Shown here one piece after another: positions 26,869-31,490 of a stretch of DNA of 31,490 nucleotides. A program made the translations under genes and the position numbers. The stretch comes from an uncultured Methanosarcinales archaeon (GTDB lineage Archaea; Nanobdellota; Nanobdellia; Woesearchaeales; CAZYIM01): contig CAZYIM010000033.1 in assembly GCA_964647565.1 (NCBI GenBank), positions 1-31,490 of the forward strand, in the 5' to 3' direction. Under the pieces are notes generated by a model that worked only from the letters and a program-made list of their open reading frames with translations, did not search any database and had not been told where the DNA came from. Within the stretch, counting starts at the first letter, position 1; every line of letters starts with the position of its first letter.

Positions 26869-26959
26869 GCGTAAGCCTTGAGTGATATTTTTCACTTTGG
26901 AAAAATACCTGGTTAGCCGGTTCCTTCGGGAATTCCCAGTTCAAATCTGGGCGGTGGCG
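26823..26959 (+). tRNA. tRNA-Ser(UGA) with two introns (26853-26874 at position 29/30; 26883-26914 at position 37/38)
   Basis: Acceptor GCCACTG/CGGTGGC with discriminator G; D arm GCA..GGT..TGC; spliced anticodon arm CCGGC-CTTGAGA-GCCGG; long variable arm TTCC-TTCG-GGAA; T arm CCCAG-TTCAAAT-CTGGG. Confidence 0.92.
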
Positions 26960-26970
26960 TCCCTTAGAAG

Positions 26971-27011
26971 TAGTAACGAAAAATGGTCTTCAACAGGCCA
27001 TTTCGTTACTA
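26971..27011. repeat. Inverted repeat between the tRNA 3' end and the integrase
   Basis: TAGTAACGAAA...TTTCGTTACTA arms with an inner ATGG/CCAT pair. Possible terminator or integrase binding site. Confidence 0.6.
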
Positions 27012-27044
27012 TATAATGACGAACTATTTCTTTGGAGGTAAAAA

Positions 27045-27443
27045 ATGAAAGAAGAGATAGATATACATAACTACCCCAACAGACTTGCATCAGTAACCAA
27101 GCTTGTTAAAAAGTCTGCGATTTCTGAACAGAACAAGAAACTCATATTCGAGTTTCACGAATATACCATCCTGGACGGGATCAGCATAGCCAGAAGATCA
27201 CGATATCTAGGGATTTTGAAAAACTGGGCAGTAATTCTTGGAAAAGACTTCGATAAGGCCTCAAAAGAAGATATAATGCGCTCAGTGCGCATTGTACAGG
27301 AGACTGAAAAGTATTCACCCTGGACAAAATCAACCTATAAGACCATGCTAAAAAGATTCTATAAATGGCTAAAACAAGAAGAGAACCCAAAAGAGACTGC
27401 ATGGATAAAATGCAAGATCAAGCTAACTGAAAAAAAACTTCCC
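27045..27443 (+). pseudogene. Tyrosine integrase, N-terminal core-binding part only (catalytic domain missing)
   Basis: IDIHNY...ISEQNKKLIFEF...YSPWTKSTYKTMLKRFYKWL...PKETAWIK pattern immediately downstream of a tRNA. After KKLP the frame becomes non-homologous and stops at 27548. No R-H-R-Y catalytic region. Confidence 0.7.
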
Positions 27444-29250
27444 CTTCACCAGCCAATTCTTCCAAGTAGACCAAACAGGAGTCTGGCTAGGCCTAAACAA
27501 GAACAAAATACCCATAATAAGAGACATCTTCAAGCTACCCAACCCTAATGGCCTCGTGCTCTCACAATCAGGAGGCGGAAAAAGCTACTTCTGCAAACTA
27601 TTAGTGACAAGATACCTGCTAAACAACACCAAAGTAATGATCATAGACCCACAAGGAGAATACAACCAACTAGTAAAGCACTTCAAAGGCCAAAGAATAA
27701 ACCTCTCCAGAACATCAAAAACCATAATCAACCCCCTAGACCTCATGGGACACGATTACGCAGAGAAAAGACTCAGCCTAATGGACCTGATGCAAGTACT
27801 GCTAGGAGAGCTCACAGAACCCCAAAAAGCCTTCATAGACCGCGCAATAACAGAAGCCTACAACAAGAAAGGCATAACAGACAACCCAGACACATGGAAC
27901 TACACACCACCCATACTAGGAGACCTGCTGCAAGTGCTCGTAAACATGGAAAAAAGAGCATTAACACTCGAAAAAACCACCATAAGAAGCCTAATCAACA
28001 GACTCAGCCTTTATGTTGATGGGGTTTTCAGCTTCCTGAACAGGCATACCAACATCAACTTCAACAACAGATTCGTTTGCTTTGATATTGGGAACATGCC
28101 AAAACAAGTAAAACCAGTCATAATGTTCCTTGTACTGGACTATGTCTATATGAAGATGAAAAAAGACATAGACAGAAAAATATTGTTGATTGATGAAGCC
28201 TGGTCCCTGCTCTCAAGAACCGAAGACGCCACCTACATCTTCGAAATTGTCAAGACATGCAGAAAGTTCAACCTCGGCCTCTTATTGATAAATCAGGAAG
28301 TTGAGGGTTTGCTGAACAGCGAAGCAGGAAAATCAGTCTTGGCCAATTCGGCCTACGCTCTCTTAATGAGGCAAAAGCCAGCTGTAATTAAGGATGTGTG
28401 CAACACCTTCAACCTAAGCAGTCCAGAAAAGACAAGGCTGTTGACAGCTAATGTTGGCGAGGGCATCCTGATAATGGAGGATGACCATTCTGAAATCAAG
28501 ATAATAGCATCTGGAGAAGAGCACAAGATAATCACAACGAACGCAGACGAACTCATAGAACAAGGCAAAACGAAAGCAAAAAAGCCCAAAAGTAGAGTGA
28601 AGGGCAAGACGAAAGAACCAACGCCTGAAAACGCTTCAAGTACAGAACCGGATGAGCGCCTCACCGAACCGGCAGAGCAGGAGGTGAGCATCAAAGTAGA
28701 TGAGTACAAAGGATTTTACAGGCACAAGGATTTGAATCTGCACGAGATTAAGTATTTGCTGGCAAAGAAGTATCAGGCGATTGACAGGGTAAGCATGGTT
28801 TCAGAAAAGAACGAAAGCTTCCTTGTCAAGCCAAGGTTTAACGAAAGCATCAACCACTGCTTTGTAATACATGACATAGCGGACTATTTGGAAACGAAAG
28901 GAGTCAAGGTGAAGAAGTTCATAACCAAAAAACCAGACTTAACCTTTGAGATTAACGGAGAGAAATATGCAATCGAGGTTGAAACAGGAATGACCCTGGC
29001 AAAGGCCAAGAAACAAGTGCTGGAAAAAGTACAGCTTCTAAACAAGAACTATGACAACTGGTTTTTTGTGGTACTGGACAAGAACATGGTAAAGAAATAT
29101 AGACAGTTCGGAAAAGTAATAGACCGAAGATATCTCAAAGGAAGAATTCAAAAAATGCTGAAAATAGAACCCGAAAAAAAGGAGTCGAGAAACAACGTTC
29201 TCGACGACAAAACAACAACAAAAAGTCAAAATAGTCCGCCAATATATTAG
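27439..29250 (+). CDS. VirB4/TraG-like P-loop ATPase, 5'-truncated, with C-terminal PD-(D/E)xK-like domain
   Basis: The frame is open from 27427 with FPFTSQFFQVDQTGVWLGLN...NPNGLVL upstream of the tracked GTG start at 27556. Walker A SQSGGGKS, IIDPQGEY, INPLD, Walker B LLIDEAW, RKFNLG; tail PDLTF...AIEVETG. Confidence 0.85.
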   Translation, partial: FPFTSQFFQVDQTGVWLGLNKNKIPIIRDIFKLPNPNGLVLSQSGGGKSYFCKLLVTRYLLNNTKVMIIDPQGEYNQLVKHFKGQRINLSRTSKTIINPLDLMGHDYAEKRLSLMDLMQVLLGELTEPQKAFIDRAITEAYNKKGITDNPDTWNYTPPILGDLLQVLVNMEKRALTLEKTTIRSLINRLSLYVDGVFSFLNRHTNINFNNRFVCFDIGNMPKQVKPVIMFLVLDYVYMKMKKDIDRKILLIDEAWSLLSRTEDATYIFEIVKTCRKFNLGLLLINQEVEGLLNSEAGKSVLANSAYALLMRQKPAVIKDVCNTFNLSSPEKTRLLTANVGEGILIMEDDHSEIKIIASGEEHKIITTNADELIEQGKTKAKKPKSRVKGKTKEPTPENASSTEPDERLTEPAEQEVSIKVDEYKGFYRHKDLNLHEIKYLLAKKYQAIDRVSMVSEKNESFLVKPRFNESINHCFVIHDIADYLETKGVKVKKFITKKPDLTFEINGEKYAIEVETGMTLAKAKKQVLEKVQLLNKNYDNWFFVVLDKNMVKKYRQFGKVIDRRYLKGRIQKMLKIEPEKKESRNNVLDDKTTTKSQNSPPIY

Positions 29251-29293
29251 CATTTCACAAACTGCGGACTGTTTTTGAAAAAGGAGGACTAAA

Positions 29294-29467
29294 ATGGAAA
29301 AAACAAAAACTGAATTGAGCGCTTTAAAGGTTGAACAGCTGAACAAGCAACCCATTGTTGAGAGCAGCATGCAACTAAGCGAGGATAAGAAATGGCTTGT
29401 GCACAAGACTATTATCACTGATATCAAGCCAGTCAGTTATTTGGAGAGGGTTTTGGGCTCAGAATGA
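29294..29467 (+). CDS. Small hypothetical protein (57 aa)
   Basis: AAGGAGG SD, MEKTKTELSALKVEQLNKQPIVESSMQLSEDKKWLVHKTIITDIKPVSYLERVLGSE. Below the ORF-track cutoff. Confidence 0.7.
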   Translation: MEKTKTELSALKVEQLNKQPIVESSMQLSEDKKWLVHKTIITDIKPVSYLERVLGSE

Positions 29468-29502
29468 GTCCATCTTCTTCGGGATTAGGAAGACGAAATC
29501 AC

Positions 29503-30015
29503 TCACTTCTTAAATTTTAAGAAATTTCTAATCAGATGACCTACGTGATGTTCATTCCATTCAATTGTGAAGAAAATCAAAAATACTGAAAGAAGTATTA
29601 GTAAAACGAACCATATCTGCAAGGTCTTACTGATATCTGAAAAAAGTACAAATGTAATAAGATTTGAAACAGCAATAAATAATAAAAAAATCAGAAATTT
29701 TCCAGATATTTTTTTTAGTTTCTTAAATGTATATTGAAAGCTATTTGGAACACGCGCCCAAGGGTTGTAAGACCACATTAAATACCCTAAAATAAGAAAA
29801 CCTATGGTGATTGTCCACAGAGTTAAAAACGTCTTACTAATCAAAGATTTGAAATTTAAAAGAAAATAAAGTATACATATAATAATTCCAAAGAAACCAA
29901 TAAATTTTAATTTTACATATATTAAAAACCATATATGTTCCCAGAGACATTTTCGACTACAGAACGTCTGATTAATGCTCTTTTCAACTATCCTATGACA
30001 TTGTTTGCATTTAAT
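29503..30015 (-). CDS. Membrane protein with N-terminal Cys4 zinc ribbon; non-canonical start
   Basis: The frame of the tracked 113-aa ORF stays open to 30024 and adds IKCKQCHRIVEKSINQTFCSRKC plus a TM helix. Only ATT (30015) is available after an AGGTG SD. Confidence 0.55.
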   Translation of the reverse strand: MKCKQCHRIVEKSINQTFCSRKCLWEHIWFLIYVKLKFIGFFGIIICILYFLLNFKSLISKTFLTLWTITIGFLILGYLMWSYNPWARVPNSFQYTFKKLKKISGKFLIFLLFIAVSNLITFVLFSDISKTLQIWFVLLILLSVFLIFFTIEWNEHHVGHLIRNFLKFKK

Positions 30016-30024
30016 TTTACACCT

Positions 30025-30456
30025 TTAAGTCGCGTTAATTAATGTTTCATTCACTATATTGGATGCATTAGTAGCCATCTGTCCAGAGCTAAATAAATTT
30101 GGAAGATACCAGTAAACAAAAAATCCAATTACTATTAAAAGCGATAATGAGCCATACGCAATAAATGCAAATTGATAAAAAATTGTGGGGAGTTTCTGTC
30201 TGAGCAAGTACGCAAACAATGCGATAATTCCAATAATTGTACCAATGTTTAAGTACCAATGCATTATTGTTGGTAATGAATCAAAAGATTTGTAAAAAAT
30301 TTGCCAAAGTAGCATTGAATTAAGAAAGATTCCAACTCTGCCAATATAGTTATGTCTCAATTCAAAAATTGCCGCTACAACCAAACAAAATATAATAATA
30401 ATGGAAACAGTTTTTGGAAGTACAATCAAACTTTCAAACATAAATGGCGTCGCCAA
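30025..30456 (-). CDS. Hypothetical membrane protein (about 4 TM)
   Basis: 143-aa hydrophobic ORF; TTG start preceded by GGGTGA. Confidence 0.65.
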   Translation of the reverse strand: MATPFMFESLIVLPKTVSIIIIFCLVVAAIFELRHNYIGRVGIFLNSMLLWQIFYKSFDSLPTIMHWYLNIGTIIGIIALFAYLLRQKLPTIFYQFAFIAYGSLSLLIVIGFFVYWYLPNLFSSGQMATNASNIVNETLINAT

Positions 30457-30491
30457 TTTTTTTCACCCAAAGATATCTTTTGGATTTATAT

Positions 30492-31490
30492 TTAGCTTAA
30501 AGTGTCGTTGATGAACGCTTGCACTTCTGTTGTTATGTCGTCTATACTTTTGTCTTGCATCTCTAAAACGTACAAAGTGGGAGTCATATTCACCATATTC
30601 ACATAACTCTCTCCAGTCGTCACATAATTAAATGCCCATCTCTGATCACCATAAGAAGCAACCTTATCAAAACTTCCTAGCTTCTGACTTCCATTAAGAT
30701 ATCGCACATATATTTGCTGATCTGTATATATTGTTGCCGTGGCTATTGCATTAGTAATGCCTGTTTCAATAGCAGTTCTGCCTTCGGTCTCATTTGCGTA
30801 ATCGGGAGTCTCTTCATCACCTAAATTTCCATAACCTGCTGTGTTTTGTAAGTTCTCCCAAATGTTGTCAATATCTGTACTAACATATCCTGCCTCTGCA
30901 ACCCTAAATTCATCTATATACCCCTCAAAATAAAGTTCTGGATTACCACCACTATTATGGTGAACTCCAATTGCCAAATAACTAGATCCTTGCACAGCAG
31001 CATTTGTATAAGACGCATTATCTGTTAAAGTATCATTAATATGCATAATAACCCTATTTGTGGTGCTATCATCAGCAAAAGCATGCATCATAGCCCAAGT
31101 ATTCGCTCCAAAAACTCCAGTAGTACCACCAATTCCATATGGATAATAAATATCTATATTACCACTTCCTCCAGAATTCAATCTTGCACAGTAATTAACA
31201 TACATATCGGTAGCCGGCCTATTCTTTTTACAATATACTTCTGTATTACTCATATCTTCAGGTCTCATTATAACCATTGTGTAGGGGTCTGTCAAATCCA
31301 AACTGTTATCATCTGCAATTGTCATATAATCAGTATTCGCGACAATAAAATCATAACAACCCCCCACATAACAATTAGCAGCGCCTGTTGCGTCAGCACC
31401 GTAATTCGTTATATTATTCTCGTTAGAAGTGCTATCGTGTAAGTCTGTCATATGCCATACACCCGCATAGTCAGTCCAGAGAGTTGAAGG
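30492..31490 (-). CDS. LamG-like jellyroll (DUF2341-associated) surface protein, 5' end outside the window
   Basis: Frame open to the window edge (PSTLWTDYAGVWHM). LamG-like motifs DYMTIADDNSLD, LAIG...YFEGYIDEFRV. Confidence 0.75.
   Translation of the reverse strand, partial: PSTLWTDYAGVWHMTDLHDSTSNENNITNYGADATGAANCYVGGCYDFIVANTDYMTIADDNSLDLTDPYTMVIMRPEDMSNTEVYCKKNRPATDMYVNYCARLNSGGSGNIDIYYPYGIGGTTGVFGANTWAMMHAFADDSTTNRVIMHINDTLTDNASYTNAAVQGSSYLAIGVHHNSGGNPELYFEGYIDEFRVAEAGYVSTDIDNIWENLQNTAGYGNLGDEETPDYANETEGRTAIETGITNAIATATIYTDQQIYVRYLNGSQKLGSFDKVASYGDQRWAFNYVTTGESYVNMVNMTPTLYVLEMQDKSIDDITTEVQAFINDTLS

Larger units (their letters stand above)
26960..31490. mobile_element. tRNA-Ser-integrated element (ICE-like), internally deleted; right boundary not seen
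   Basis: Integrase remnant next to the tRNA 3' end, a VirB4-like gene and a compositional shift. No duplicate of the tRNA 3' end was found within the window, so whether genes beyond about 29500 belong to it is uncertain. Confidence 0.6.

Noticed and set aside
27444..27548. C-terminal 34 aa of the 167-aa ORF as real integrase sequence
   Set aside because: It is the out-of-frame reading of VirB4-like coding sequence.

Overview
Archaeal genomic window. Evidence for this is Dph5, the L1-P0-P1 ribosomal operon, a class III signal-peptide pilin, TATA-type promoters and a tRNA with bulge-helix-bulge introns. The gene content looks DPANN/Woesearchaeota-like, which is an inference. From left to right it holds: four large hypothetical genes (two lipoprotein-like); a RelE-like toxin/wHTH pair; a short NFACT-R protein; a pilin; a 3x50-bp palindrome-rich tandem repeat; an SPFH gene; a cobalamin riboswitch ahead of an ECF S-component fused to a DUF4430-like surface domain; a beta-barrel-like secreted protein; dph5, a coiled-coil gene and rpl12/rplP0/rpl1; a translationally coupled operon of four phosphohistidine-swivel (PEP-utiliser mobile domain) proteins plus a HAD hydrolase, facing a histidine phosphatase; a eukaryote-type UPRT; a small-ORF/SHOCT unit divergent from a membrane protein + wHTH pair; a LAGLIDADG ORF running into a two-intron tRNA-Ser(UGA); and a damaged tRNA-linked integrative element (integrase N-terminus joined to the middle of a VirB4-like ATPase) followed by membrane and LamG-like genes. 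The best candidates for undescribed systems are the swivel-domain operon and the archaeal B12 riboswitch/fused transporter. All family calls come from motif recognition by eye, not from database searches.
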